A DNA stretch of 64,000 bases from Nageia nagi (GCA_050084985.1 JBITNC010000001.1:146258001-146322000); one strand, 5' to 3'. Counted from the first letter of the stretch, positions 24,801-40,170 are shown. Notes: generated by a model from the sequence alone, not told the origin. Made by a program: numbers and translations.

Positions 24801-27800
24801 CAAATATTGATGTATTGGTAAGTATTTTATATGGGGAGAGTTTTAGGGGTATTTAAAACTAATGTAATGTATTATACTAATACAAAAAAAGGGAAAAGGG
24901 ATGGGGGTACCTTTGGGGGATTCGATGATGTATTTAATTTTTTTTACTAAATCTATTATCACATTAATTTTTCAAGTTTTCTAAATTATTTTATTTTTAA
25001 ATTATTATACATTAGAAATTAATCAATTCATTACACTTTAAGACACCTCTTCATCAGTTTGGATCATGCTCCTCATTTTCACTATAACCTCCAACTACAT
25101 TGAGTAAATTATTTACATATTAGAGAGAATTGGAGTGACACACCATTGATGCCACAAGCACTCAAAACTTGAACCTATATCTCAAAACAAAAATTGGATG
25201 TCTCCATCACCATGCCAAGCCCCTTAGGCTCTTATCTCAACTATCTTAATAATCACTCTTATTTAACAAAATATAAACTCCATTGCACTATTTTGTATTT
25301 GATAAATAATGAATTATGAAAAATAAAATAATATTTTTATTTTATTTTATTGAACATTTCCTTTTAATTCAAATTCCATATTTGGTTTAAAGGAAAAGGA
25401 GAAATAAAAAATTTTATTTATTGAATGATAAAGAACTTATCCAAGATATTGTAGGAGGAAGGGGATAGAAGAAGCAACTGGAAAACTTATTAAAATTAAT
25501 TTCAATCTTACTTGTGAATCAACATGTTTAATGGTTTTTGAGCCTTCCTTGATATGTTACCAATAATTTCAAGTACCCTCCAATTTTCTTACTTTGGAAC
25601 TTTGAGGAGTATGATGGAAGCATATGTTCATACTCAATAATAGATAGTTTATTTTTTTGTAAATAAAAAAAATATATTAACTATAAGTAAAATATTTTAT
25701 AAGCATAAATAACATATTTTGTCAAAGTTGTAGGTGTTAATTAAATTTGAAGTATCTAAATCTATGTTCATATGTGGTTTCTATTTATTTTTAAATATAC
25801 TCTTTTTAAAATAAAAAAGAGAATATAAGATGTAAAAAAATAATCTTGATATTTTTATTATACAAATTATATGAGAAACAATTATTCAAACAATTAATTG
25901 AAATAAAATATTATTAAAAATGATAAATAAAAAATTGTGAATATAATATTAAAATGATAAAACATTATTTTATATGATTAAAATTATACTACTTTAATTG
26001 TTTATCTAATATTAATCATTATTATCTTTTTCCATCAAAGATTACAACTCCAAAATTGAATTTATTAAGTGAGTTTTCACATTTGAATGGATTCCATATA
26101 TGACCTTTCTTTAATGGTAATAAAAGGAGAAGAAATCCAATGGTTGATAATTGATGTCCATGTATGACATAGATCATAGCCTCTATGGTATCTAATGATG
26201 GAGGAGGATCATGGAATCATTTAAAGAATCAAGGAGTTGGAGGATTGAATATTAACCTTGGTGAGCTCAACCCTCATCTGGGTTTTCATATCCACCCACC
26301 CTATTTCTCTTCTTTGTTGGAAGTTGGCTTCTTTACATTAGTACTACCCATTGCTTATCCTTATCCTTGTTGTTGGGAACATGGATGAAGAGGTCTAAAC
26401 TTAGTTCCCACAAACCTATTTCTACTTTCTCATCTTCATTATTGTCCATACTTAAAAAGTTTAAAATATTTTCATTGGTCATAGCTATATATACTTTGTA
26501 ATTCAACTTCTTCCTCTCTATAGTTTTTATACCTCCCTTCATTGCCATGTTTAAGTTGACACTCCCTCTCAAAATGACCAAAACTTATTGTAGTGATAAT
26601 ATTGTACATATTTTTCCTATCACTTCTTCATCATCCTTGACTATGAGTGGAACCACCTTGATCTCATCCACCTATTCCTTTGAAGGATTTTTTTTCCTCT
26701 TCACTGAATACTTTATGTTATTTTATCTAATTCTTAGCACCAATAGTAGGTAGAGTATTGATGCTAGTGAAATTCCTTTCTTCATTTGTTTCACTTGTTG
26801 TTATGAGGAGGTTGCTAATAGGAAATGGTAAATCACATGTGAGTCCTACCAAGTGGTATTTTTAATGTCTATTTGAAATATTGGTATATCAATAAGTATT
26901 TTATAGGGGGAGGGCTTTTTGGGGTATTTAAAACTAATGCAATGTATTATATTGATATTAAAAAAGAGGAAGGGTATGGGGGTACCTTCAAAATATTTCA
27001 TGACATATTTAATTTTTTATGCTAAATCTATTATACTATTAATTTTTCAAGTTCTCTAAATTATCCTCTTTTTTAAATTTTTGATTGGAAAAATTGATCA
27101 TGTTGTTGCACTTTTGAACACCTTTTCATGTATTTAAATCATGCTACTCATTTTCACTATAACCTCCAACTACACTAAGTTAAGTATTTAAATATCTGAG
27201 AGAACTGGTGTGACACACCCTTGATACCACAAGCCCTCAAAACTTGAACCTGTGTCTCAATACTAAAATTGGATGCCTCCAACAACAAGCCAAGCCCCTT
27301 AGGCACTTCTCTCAACTATATTAATAATCACTCTTATTTAATGAAATATAAACTCCTTTAAACTATTTTTTTGTTTGATAAATAATGAATTATGATAAAT
27401 AAACTAATGATATTTTATTTTATTTTACTGAGCATTTCCTTTTAATTTGAATTATATATTTGTTTTAAATGAAAATAAGAAATAAAGAATTATATTTATT
27501 GAAGTATAAAGAACTTGTCCAAGGTATTGTAGGAGGAAGGGGATAAAAGAAGCAATTGAAAAACTTATTAAAATTAATTTCAATCTTGCTTGTGAATCAA
27601 AATGTTAAATGGATTTTGAGCCTTCCTTGATATGTTACCAAAAATTTCATGTACCCTTCATTTTTCTTACTTTGGAAATTTGAGGAGTATGGTAGAAGTA
27701 TATATTCATGCTCAATAATATATAGTTTATTTATTTTTTGTAAATAAAAAAATTATATTAACTATAAGTAAAATATTTTATAAGCATAAATAACTTATTA

Positions 27801-29726
27801 TATCAAAGTTGTAGGTGTTAATTAAATTTGAAGGATCTAAATCTATATTCATATGTTATTGCTATTTATTTTAAAATATAATCTTTTTAAAATAAAAAAG
27901 AGAATATGAGATGTAAAAAATAATCTTGATAATTTTATTATATAAATTATATGAGAAACAATTTTTCAACCACTTAATTTGAATAAAATAATATTAAAAA
28001 TGATAAATAAAAAATTATGAATATAATATTAAAATGATAAAATAATCATTTAAGAAAGTAAAAACATTATTATAGATGCTAAAAATTCTATTACTTCATT
28101 TTTTTATTTAATATTAATCATTATTATCCTTTTCCATTAGAGAGTATAACTCAAAAATTGAATTTATTGAGTGAGCCTCCACATTTAGATGGATTCCATC
28201 TATGACCTTTCTTTAATGGTAATAAAAGGAGAATAAATCCAATGGTTTATAATTGATGTCCATGTATGACATAGATCATGGCTTGTATGGTATCTGATGA
28301 TGAAGGACCATGGACTCATTTAAAGAATCAAGGATTTGGAGGATTGAATATTAACCTTAGTGAGCTTGACCCTAATTTGGGTTTTCATATCCAACCACCC
28401 TCTTTCTCTTTTTTTGCTAAAAGTTGACCTCTTTACATTAGTACTACACACTGCTTATCCTTATCCCTATTGTTGGGAGCATGGCTAAAGAGGCCTAAAC
28501 TTAGTTCCTATAGACCTATTTTCTACTTTCTCATCTTCATTATTGTCCATAATTAAAAGGTTCGAAAGAGTTTCATTGTCCATAGCTCCATATATTTTGT
28601 AATTCAAATTCTTAATCTCTATAGTTTTTATACGTCACTTCATTACCATTTTTAGGTCGACACTCCCTCTTAAAATGACCAAACTTATTATGGTTGTAAC
28701 ATTGTACATATTTTTCTTGTCATATCTTCCTCATCCTTGACTATGAGTAGAACCACCTTGATCTCATATAGCTATTCCTTTGGAGGATCTTTTGCCTCTT
28801 CCTCAATCATTTTATGTTATTTTCTCTAAGCCTTAGCACTAATGTTATGCCAAGAATTGTTGATAGTGAAATTCCTTTCTTCATTTCTTCCACTTGCTGT
28901 TACAAGGATGTCACTAATAGGAAATGGTAAATAGCATTTGAGTCCTACCAAGTGGTATTGTTAATATCAAATTAAACTATCGGTATATCGATAAGTACTT
29001 TATAGGTAGAGGGGTATTTAAAACTAATGTAATGTATTATATTAATAAAAAAAAGGAGGAAGGGTTATGGGGGTACATTTGGGAGATTCGATGACATATT
29101 TAATTTTGTATACTTAATCTATTATACCATTAACTTTTCAAGTTCTCTAAATTATCCTCTTTTTTAAATTTTATACTAGAGAAATTGATCATACCATTAC
29201 AGTTTTAGACACCTCTTCATGGGTTTGAATCATACTCCTCATTTTCACTATAACCTCCAACTACATTGAGTAAATAATTTACATATTTGAGAGAGCTAGC
29301 ATGGCACACCTTGATACCATGAGCCCTCAAAACTTCAACCTGTGTCTCAACACTAATATTAGATGCCTCCATTAATATGCCAAGCCCGTTAGGCTCTCAT
29401 CTCAACTATCTTTTCACTATTTTTTGTTTGATAGATAATGAATTATGAAAAATGAAATAAAGTTTTTTATTTTATTTTTATTGAGAATTTCCTTTTAATT
29501 CAAATTTAATATTTATTTTAAAGGAAAATGAGAAATAAAAAACTATATTTATTGAAGGTTAAAGAACTTATCCAAGTTATTATATGAGGAAGGGGATAAA
29601 AGAAGCAACTAAAAAGCTTATTAAAATTAATTTCAATCTTGCTTGTGAATCAACATGTTTAATTGTTTTTGATCTTTCCTTGATATGTTATCAATAATTT
29701 CATGTACCCTTCAATTTTCATACTTT
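21600..29726 (-). repeat. Tandem array of ~2.07-2.10-kb units carrying a copia gag zinc-knuckle fragment (about 4 units plus one internally deleted 859-bp unit)
   Basis: Marker TTGACTATGAGT at 21688, 24564, 26637, 28737 (spacings 2876, 2073, 2100); homologous small ORFs at 23243, 24102, 26185 and a broken copy at ~28278; array cut at ~29726. Confidence 0.95.
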
Positions 29727-29729
29727 ATG

Positions 29730-32700
29730 GCCAATCTTGATATGTGTTTATGCTCAAACTTGCATGCCTAACTATTGGAGATCAAATGTGGGGGTTTTGG
29801 GGCTTTCCAAGTTGGTGTATGCCCAAAAAAGATAAGATTTGGTCATTTTGGAGCATGCACTCAACCTTATCATGCATTATATTTACCCATCATTTTCTTG
29901 TATTTCCCACTCATTCCTATTTACTCTTCATGCTCAAGATGAAACTTGAACTTGCCTATTTTTCCTTTTCTAGTATCCTAGCTTGTCAATTATTCCTAAT
30001 GAACTAACCAAAAGGCTCTTCCAAGCCTAATGCATGACTTTAAAGGATAATATTTGGTCTTTTTAAAACACTCTCCATACCCTTCTACTCTTCTACTCTA
30101 GGTGCATGGTCTAGAATGTTAGGATTATATCTTCTTGAGGCATGCATTGAGTTGTAGGTGGCCAAATTTGCTTCATTTTGGTCTTTTACTCTCGAGACTT
30201 AGCCAAATTTTGAAGTTGATCCCATCCTAGTGTCTTCCTAAGCTTGGTGCATGGTTCTAAAAGTTAATAATTTGTCCTTTTGATGCATGATCTAGACCCT
30301 TTGGTCATGTTGGAGGAGGATCCAAGACTCAAGTCTCCATCCACATATTCCTTCCAAGTACTTGAGCAAGTAAGCACCCCCCTCCTTCTTAGTAGTAAGT
30401 CTTTCTTAATCAATTTACCTCTCTATCACATAAATACCCCATAGTAGAGGAAACTCCCAACCCTAACTTGGCTTCTTCATATATTATTGATAATCCCCAA
30501 TCCAACCCCCTTTCCCATCTCACATCAGTCCATGAACCCTCTCTGGATAGTCCCTCATTACCTACTCATGTTCCCTTTCAATATCTAGATAATAATATGG
30601 AAAACTTCTACTCTCATGTACCCCCTTATTTTGATCCTCTCTTAGATCCTACTAATACCAACCATAAACTACCCCATTTTGCTAATGCCAAGAGAGCTCC
30701 CTATTTCAAGTAAACACTTAATGCTCTAAAAACCCCTAACATTAGTGTTCAGAAAGGAAGGGGATGACATAAAAATTAGGCAACCCTTTAGAAGCTTTCT
30801 TAGGATTCTATTTAAGAAGGTACCCAATCATAGATATATGCTCTATTATATGTAAAGAAACTTCCAAAGGTTTCCCTATAAAGCTCATCTCATGGAATAT
30901 TCAGGGACTTGATTACCTTGCTATAATAAGAATGGTTAAAAAGTTAGTTTCTACCATAAAACCTATTATTATTAGGTTATATAAATCTAAATATTTTGCT
31001 CAAGATACTATGAAGTTTAAAAATAAAGTTTGATCTCATAATGATGTAGTTGGTATTCATTCCATTAGGAAATCTAATGGCCACATCATGCTTTGGGATC
31101 CCTCCTAGATTGAATGTGTTCCTACTCCCTCCTCTCAGCATTGGCTAGCTGCTAAGACAAAATACATATTGATAGGAAAGGTATTCAATATAATAAACCT
31201 ATATGTCCCCTAATATCCTAGTCAAAAAAGAGAAATATGGACCCAAATATCTTTATGGTTATCTCAACAACAGGACATTCCAAGCATTATTGGTGGTAAT
31301 TTTAATGTCATATGAAACCTTAGAAAAAAGAAAACAGGCTCACATTGGATTGATAACATCTTAGATGATTTCAATTCTTTTATTGATAATGAGTAATTAT
31401 TTGAGCCTAGCTATTGTAGGGGCATCTTCACCTGGACCATCAAAAGGAAGGGAAATCAAGCCATCCTTGAAAATCTTTATCGCTTCCTAGTCTCCATCCA
31501 TTAGATTGAATATGAATATATTTTACAAATAAATGTCCTCCCCTTTAGTAGCTCCAATCATTGGCTTATAGCTCTCTCTTTAGGTTCCAAAAAATGTGGA
31601 TGAATCATGAATCCTTTCATGACATCATTAGTGGAGTGATAAAAGTCATGTTTATGGAAGATCCATGTATATTATCTTTACCAAATTGTAATGCCTCAAA
31701 AATAAACTCAAAATTTGGAACAAATACTATTTTGGACATCTCATTAAGTCTAGATCAAGCCTTGAAGGGAAGCTTAGACAATTTGAGCTACAAATGATTC
31801 ACCAACAAGATGACCAACTCCTCAAGAAAGAGTAGAAACTTCTTTAATAACTTCAAAAAGCCTAACTAATAAGGAAACCTTGTGGAAGCGAAAATCTAGA
31901 ACCCATTGGCTTAAGAAGGGTGATAAAAATACCAAGTTCTTTCATCTTACTAATTTGTCTCATCATTTCCATAATTAGATTTCCTCCTTAGAAGACCAAC
32001 AAGGCACTATTCTCATAGCTCCCTTAGAGATTGAATTGTATGTGACCTCCTACTTCAATAATCTACTCTTAGAAATAAATGAGTATAGAGATGTTGCCCA
32101 AGCCAAGTAGTTGAATTATAGTCTTGAGAAATTTTTTGATATTCAAAATCAACTCCTCAACACACCCATTAGCATAAAGGAAGATAAAAGTACCCTCTTC
32201 CACCTCAATCCCTATGGAGCGTTAGGCCCAACTGGCTTCCCTTTGACTTCTTTTAGCACTTTTAACCTCTTCTAATAAATTAGATATTTGCAATGGTTAA
32301 GGAATCCTATGATTCTAAATATATTCTCATGAAATATAATTATACTTTCTTGGTCCTTATCTCTAAATACCAGGATGCTAAGACCATCTCTACATATCAA
32401 CCCATCTCCTTATGTAAGGTAATATACAAAATCATATCCATAGTTGTAGCTAATCATCTAAAACCTATCCTCCTTGATATCATGTTTCAAGAGAAAAATA
32501 ATTTCCTTAGCAATAGGCAACTTCTTAATGAAGTGGTTCTAATCTAGGAACTCACCACTAAGGTAAAGATTTACTTATTAAATTAGACATGGCCAAATCC
32601 TTTGACAAAGTAAATTAGGACTTCTTACCTAAAATTATGGCCAAATTTGGCTTTTTTTATAATTGGATTTTATGTATCCTATCCCTCATTGATTGTCCTT

Positions 32701-34962
32701 ATCTATATATTCTCTTAAATGGGGCTCTTATAGGTTATTTTCATAGCTCTAGAAGACTTTTTTAAGTAGATACCCTATCTCTGTATCTATTTATAATCCT
32801 ATTTGAAATTATAGGTAGAGGAATCAAAAATATGCAAGTTGTAAATCAAATACATGGTATTGAAGGAACAAGGAACACTTATCCTATATTCCATTCCCAA
32901 TTTCTAGATGACACTTTGCTTACACTCCTCCCTCTCCATTTTGAGAGACTCAAAGTTATGGATTTCATCAATTTGTATGAGCAAGCCTATGGGCAAGAGA
33001 TTAATAAAGAAACCCAACATTTTTGGATTAAGCATCCATGACCACTACTTTTACAAAATTAGTGATTGGACAAATATGACCATTGCTCACCTTCCTAGTT
33101 CCAACATGGGCATGCCACTTGTTCAAGAAGGCAACTTTTGTGACTTCTGGGAGCAATTGATTGCTAAGATGTAGAGCAAAATGAGTACTTGGAAACCTAC
33201 TTGGATTTCTATTATATGTAGACTTATCAAGATCAATGCTATCCTCAATACCATCCCTATCTTTATTCTCTCATTCTTTTGGGGCCCTCAAAATATTATT
33301 GAAAGGATGGAAGCTATTAATTGGAACTTCTTATGATTTAACTTGAATGATAAATGTAAAATTCACCTAGTGGCTTGGGACACTATTTTTAAACCAAAAT
33401 TAGTATGAGGTATGAGCATTAAACACCTCTATAGTATGAACATTTCACTTTTAAGCAAGCTAGTATGGTGCATTTACACTAAATACTCCTCCTTATGGAT
33501 CCAGATCATCCAATCCAAATACCATGATAGTCTAGTTCTAAAATTGATTTTTACTATTGCCAAATCTTCTAGGGGTTCACCATTATGAAATGTGATCTGT
33601 AAGGTACTAAAACTTATCCTTCCTTGGCTTAAATGGTCCATTGGTAATGGTGAAATGGTATATTTTTGGTATGATATATAATTACTTCCTTCTCCATTAG
33701 CTACCTTCCCTATCTTTAACAACCTCTAGCATTATAATCAACCTCTCTAGGATGACAAGGTCTACCGCTATTGGTATCGAAAGATACCCCAAGTGGCTTT
33801 CCCTTAAAGTGGAAATCTCATGCTGGTATTCCCCTAATCTTTAGTTATGAAACTCATACTTATCAAGACCTCTTATGCTCTTATACTCTCAAATACACAA
33901 CAAATGATGATAAAGTCAATTATTCCATTACTACCATAGGTAATTTTTTAGTCAAAGTTGCCTTCATCTTCCTCACTTAGTTGATTTTCTTATCTATTCC
34001 CCTAGTGTCATTGCTTAGAGTATGGACCTCCAAAGCTTGGCCCAAAGCAAAAACATTTCTTTGGTTGTCCCTTCATAAAAAATTCTTCTCCTCAAAACAA
34101 CTACTTAAACATGGCTAGCAAAGCCCTAGTAGTTGCTTCTTATGTGGTTTTGATGAAGAGACTAGGTATCATCTACTAATATGTTTTCTTTTCTCCTTTC
34201 ATATTTGGTGAAGGATTCTGCAAATGTTCTTGGTAACATGGGTTACTCCATCCAATCTGATAAGCCTCCTACTAGAATGGCATCCCCCTCATCATAATAA
34301 ATCCATCCAATGATTGATTAGAATATCTAGATCGAAAGGAACAATCACATTTGTAACAACCTTTCAATTGATGTGGAAAAGCTTGATCATAAAGTTTAAC
34401 TTCAACTTGCCCATATTTTGGATTCCCACATCCCAATTGTGTCCATGAATTCAAATGAGCTTTTGTTGCTTCAAGGATGGCCTTTTGTTTGTAACATTTG
34501 GAGATTCACCTAGCCACTACCCACCTTAGCTCTCATTATCTCAATAACTCTTTAAGAAGATACCCAACACAACACCTCCAAGAAAAGAAAAAACATAAAT
34601 ATCCAAAATTTGAATGGAGGACTTCAAGATTCATCCAATCCTATCCAACATTGCAAGACAAAATAAGACTACTCCAACATCTCCCATGAAATATACTACT
34701 TCAATATATCCTATAATAGTAAGTCTCATGACCACTATAGACCTCGTTCAGTGCCAAACATTTTGCTCAACACCAAAATCAGGTCTAGAAAAACTCTTAT
34801 CAATTCTATGGCTTTACAATTATTCATTAATTTCCTCTTAATCAATAACATAGTTATTTACTATTTTCATTATTATTTGAGTATTTCTTATAATGAAAGA
34901 GCTATGTCTCATCTTTCATAATGTATATCAAGGTAATACATAATTTTTTTATTACCAAAAAA
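29730..34962 (+). mobile_element. Degenerate L1-clade LINE (ORF1 remnant; ORF2 endonuclease, RT, zf-RVT from ~30878)
   Basis: KLISWNIQGL (~30881), IIGGNFN, FTW, WLKKGDKNTKFFH (~31907), YQPISLCKVIYKIIS, KLDMAKSFDKVN, HSQFLDDTLL, KIHLVAWD, AWPKAKTFLWL, CFLC..DEETRYHL; short A-tail at 34957-34962; 5' boundary uncertain. Confidence 0.93.
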
Positions 34963-37900
34963 GGAAGAGATATTTGAAGATAATAAAATAAAAAATGTTG
35001 ACAAGTTATTAATCTAACTCAATGGAAGAAGGAATAACTTGCTCAAAAATTCAATTTGAGGGTCACATAGACCATCTTTGGGTCTTGTGCATGTAATTAA
35101 AATATTTGATTTCATTTCCTTTCATATACTAACTCTCCTAATACACATAAGAGAATAATAATTATTTTTGTTTATGCAGGTTGGAGGTAGTTTACTATAA
35201 TGTGTATTATTTGAAAAATCAATTAAATAATAAACCTTGATAAGTTCATATACCATAACATCCATGTAAAAATTGATAAATTCTCTTTATTTTTAGGTCA
35301 ATGGAAGTGTGAGTTATTTTCCCATCATATTATAGTGCATGAATGATATGATTAAATTAATTATACTAGCAATAATAACTTTATGCAATGGGAATACCAG
35401 AGTTAATCTTATTATTATTCAACATATCCATTGCAGAAGGTTGCAATTGCTAGTTGGTACAACTTAGTAGGTGAAGAACTATTGATTCGTATATTTGGTT
35501 ATCTAAATAAAAATCAAGTGGTGAGGGTTTTGACATTAATACCATAGTATATTGTAAGAAAATGTGGCTCATGGATAGTTGTAAAACTAAATATAATTGC
35601 ATAATCTTTGAGGATTATAATATTATGTTAGTCATTTATATATTTATGATAGTTGTAAATAGCTATAGATCCTTTATAGATATGTATTATTACATGAGCA
35701 GATATAAATATCAATATTAAATGAATATTCATTTCTAATCAATTGGATAGATAATTGATACCAAAAGTTTGAAACTTATATTGGAGGTTGAGAAACCTAG
35801 TACTTATAACTAAGTTTTTATGTGCTAATGTATAGCAGAAAAGTAATATAGTAAATACTATATGGGTAAATAGTTTATTCATTTTCATTTGATTATATTG
35901 TAATTTTATCTCAAAATAATATAGAGATGGAGGAATCTCACTTGATTAAATATTAATTAATGGTATCCAACCAACCCAAACACCATCAAGCAAATTAGAT
36001 CAAAAACCATATCCATATTTCATAAGAATCAGCTTCAAAAATTAGATAAAGTGAATTACATCATCTTCTCCCTACACAAAGCTAGAAAATTGTAGAATAC
36101 TAATTTTATTATGATGACCCTACAATATATGATACAAATCTAAGAAGATTAGTAATCAAATTAATCACCATATATTGTTGGAAAATAAAAATTTTATTAT
36201 ATGAGATAAATATAAAATTTACATAGAAATAAGGAACCAATTGAATTCAATACATAAAAATCCAATATTATATAAAAATAAAAGAAATACAAACAAATTA
36301 TTATAAATTCAAATTTTCAAGAAAAATACAAAATATCCATTTTTACAATACATAGGATATTAAAAGTGAAATTAAAGGACCTTCTGTATCAAATGATGAG
36401 TTTTATTTTTCATATTATAAGTTTACATAATGTAATCCATATCAATGTTAAACTTTATTTTATTTTTGGTACACTAATTATCTTTATATATCCATAGTTA
36501 TCAATAAATAGCTAAAGACAACTATCAAACAATTTCAAGAGTAATCCACCATATGTATGTGAGAGGGGGTACTTGAAAACTCTCAAGTGGATAATTAAAG
36601 GTATTAGGCTCAAATATACCTCATCATATATATAGCTATATATGTAATAATAGTAGATTTCAATCCTCCATAAAAAAGGAAAGTCATTCAAAACAAATAC
36701 AAGAGTATAAATAATGGATGATGAAATATAAAGTTTAACACAAGGATTAGAAGAGATAATAGGAAATACAAGATTTATTATTTCAATCACATAAGAGCAC
36801 ATACAAAATCTTCATCTACATGTAACATAGATATACAATAAACTATAACAAAGACAATGATAGGCATAGGGTAAAGTATTACTTCTCATAATTATTTTCT
36901 TTCCAGAATTGTGGCCATATCTCTTAAAATGTTAAATATGATGTGAACTATAAAGTTAAATAAATTAATTGAGTTATAAAAGGAATTTTGTAGTCATTAC
37001 TATCATATTCATAATTCAAAATAATAATTGTAATAATTCATAACCATAATAGTAGCAATTCTTAACCATAGTAGTATAAAATTATGATGAATACTTCAAT
37101 AGCAATCTAAAATATAATTCAAAATAAAAATGATGAATCTAGAATGAATTTTTTAAATAATATGATTTTGTATCCTTTTTTGTATATGCATAGTTTTATC
37201 TATATAGTGGGTACACATCATGAAACTCCATTTCTAGTTTGAAGGATTCATATTGGTTTTTATAAGATTTAAACCCTCTACTATCATTTAGTCTTAATTT
37301 GGGTTCTATTAGTATGTGGGAACCACATCATTATTTTGTTATCCTTATTTAGCATGAACTTCTTCATTGTGCATACATGACGGATCTCTTACAAGTTCAT
37401 AGTGTACTATTCAATAGAATGCTATTCAAATCAATTGAATATCATATGCAATAACATGAGTGATATCTTAGAATGGATTTTATATAATAATCAATATTTG
37501 AGTTCATTGTAGAGAAAAATTAATGCAATTATTCAAGGAGAATCTAGGTAACTAGTTGAGGTTATTTTCTTATAAACTAGGCCTTCATCTAGATGCCCTC
37601 AAGGAGCCCAAATCCTACTAATCCTCAACTAGTTCACCTTGGGTAGTTGGATTTGCCAAATTAATTATTTTTATTAAGTTTTCAATTTTTCTCCTAGATT
37701 ATCAAGATAATCCTTGAATGGATGAACGACCATGTGGTATCACTACACACATGCCTATCCACCTATATGAAGTTAAATCTAGACCAATAGAGGACTTAGG
37801 GACAGTTAAAAAGTATAAACTTTTCACCCCTTAGATCATTGAATTTAAAGGTTCTAGTCCAACTTATCCCTTCCTCATGGCTCTCTAAATAAGTCATGTT

Positions 37901-38030
37901 GTGAAAAAAAATATGCAAATGTGTTCATTTTAGGGATAGCAATTTTCAATGTTTGCATACTTTGCATATAAAAAAATGCTTTAAAAATGAAACTACATCC
38001 AACATTATCCATAAGTATGAACCAAAGAAG

Positions 38031-38162
38031 CCAATGGATTTTATTACAACCTTTAATGGATCTCTTTACAAAAGTTCATTAATTTTAAATAAGAACAAAC
38101 AAAATTAAGAGTCCAATGGGTTTTTCACAACCCTTAATGGAACTCTTTATAAAGGTTCATTA
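38031..38162. repeat. Two-copy ~50-bp direct repeat
   Basis: CCAATGG.TTT..(T/C)ACAACC.TTAATGGA.CTCTTTA.AAA.GTTCATTA at 38031 and 38113. Confidence 0.85.
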
Positions 38163-39706
38163 TAAAAAATGAGGAATTATTTGCAATTTATCATAAAAAA
38201 TATGGCAAAAATATTTAAAATTTTTTTATCCATTCACATGCATTAGGACACAATATTAAATCATGCATTTTAAAAAAAATTATCCACTTAGCAAAGATAT
38301 GCACTTGAAAAAAAAATAAAGCATCCATTTATAACTTTTATCCAATCACATGTGTCCATCAAACATGCATTAAGATAAAACATCATTAATCCATGTATAC
38401 ATAATTAATCCATGTATAATTAATATTAATCTATGCATAATTAATGAACATTAATAATTAACATTAATTAATTCATAATTAATATTAATCCAAGCTTACA
38501 TTAATTCATGCATGATTAACACCTCCTATTTTATTTAATTACAAGATTAATTAAGTTTCTTAAAATAGCTTGCACTTAGCAAATAAAGCAATAAATAGCT
38601 CAAACTAAAAAATACCTTTCTATTTTAAAAATGTCTACCAAAAAAAAAAAACTCCCCCATTTTTTTAAAAATAGGACAAACTCTCTATTTTTAAAAGTTA
38701 CCTTAAAAATAGATCTCAAAAAAATCCTCACTTTTCAATAAAAGCAAGTCCAAAAAAGAAGAAAAACATTAAAACTCCTTACTCTAAAAAATAATTCTCA
38801 ATTTTGTTTATATATATATATATATATAGAAAATAGCAAGTGTTTTCTTTTTAAAATAAAAATACTATTAATAGGGGCTAGGGGGCTAGCTATGCACCCC
38901 CCATCCCTTATTAAAGAGAAACGAGGAAAGGGGGGTGGCTGGGAGTTACCTAAGGTAGGCCACACCCCCTCCTCCCTCCATTATAAAGGAGAAAGAAGAA
39001 GAAAGGGGGCTGGTTGCATGGCTCCCCCTCCTTTATTTTATTTTTTTTAATATTATTAACTACAATTTTAATTTTTTTTTAATAAACTATTATTATTATA
39101 TAAAATATTATTATATTTATTTCTTTTTATTTTTAACTAAATCTTTATTTTGAAGAAAATACATAATTTATATATATATATCTTAAAAAATAGTCCTCTT
39201 CTATTTTTTTATTTAAAAAATATATATATACTTTTAAATCTAATAGATTTTGTATGCATGGAATTTAACTTTCACAAATATATTAGTATTGTAAAAATTT
39301 GCATTAATACCATTAAAATAAAAAATTTGCAAAACTTTTAACCAATTCTACATTAAGTAGAACTTGCAGATTTAATCTATAATAATGATTTATTGCATAT
39401 TATTAATACACATTAAGTAATTTACTTTCAAAATTGTAACTAATAAACTAAAATAATGCATTGCAATAACATAAAATTAAACTCACATATTAGTATAACA
39501 ATAATGTATTATCTACTTTAATCAAATTTTGCTAAACTTAAACTTGATAATCAAGAAACCAAAAAGGTTAGTAATAAAGAAAAATTTGATAATAAATAAG
39601 GTAGGAGGAAACCTATACCTTCAAACATTTTTTACTTCACCAAATTAGATGGAGAAAGAGGAGGAATGGACCTTGAAGGATGTTGAAGAGGAGCCTCCAA
39701 GAATCA

Positions 39707-40170
39707 CTTTGATACCACTTGAAGAAATTAACCCTTTCTGAATTAAGTTCTAACCTCTCAAGATCTCAAGAATTCACATTCAACATCAACACAATAGCAT
39801 AATAACTAAAGCAAATCAATCAAATAACATAAGATATAAAGTGGTTTCTCCCTCCTTGAGAGTACATCTACTAACTAAGATCTTATTATTCTCAAAAATC
39901 TCTCTTACAAAATCTCTTCTCTCTCTCACACTCTAAACCTATAACAAAGCTTGCATTACAATTATGTAACTAGAGAAGGGGAAGGCTATTCTCTTTTCAT
40001 AAGAAGAAACTCACTCTATAATTAATATTTTTTGTATTTTTAATCCTTTACCTATTTTAAACACATACTTATTTTTAATCTTTTTTTTTATTTTTATTTT
40101 TTTAATACTTTAAGGTATATAATGATACTTTAAGTATTAAATGAATTTACATTAAGGAGAACGATTACAC
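39707..40170 (-). mobile_element. LTR remnant with tRNA-iMet PBS (element reading leftwards; no coding domains seen)
   Basis: CTTTGATACCA at 39707-39717 (TGGTATCAAAG on minus), 2 nt from TGAAGAAA at 39720, followed by CT-rich LTR-like sequence; right boundary uncertain. Confidence 0.6.

Noticed and set aside
23243-26388. Family of 67-71-aa MASMVSNEGG ORFs as a tandem small-peptide gene cluster
   Set aside because: Antisense to the gag orientation, many non-conservative changes, no signal peptide, start lost or frame broken in some copies
27221-27229. TGGTATCAA on the minus strand inside array units as a PBS
   Set aside because: Not preceded by an LTR-terminal CA and diverges from the tRNA-Met complement afterwards
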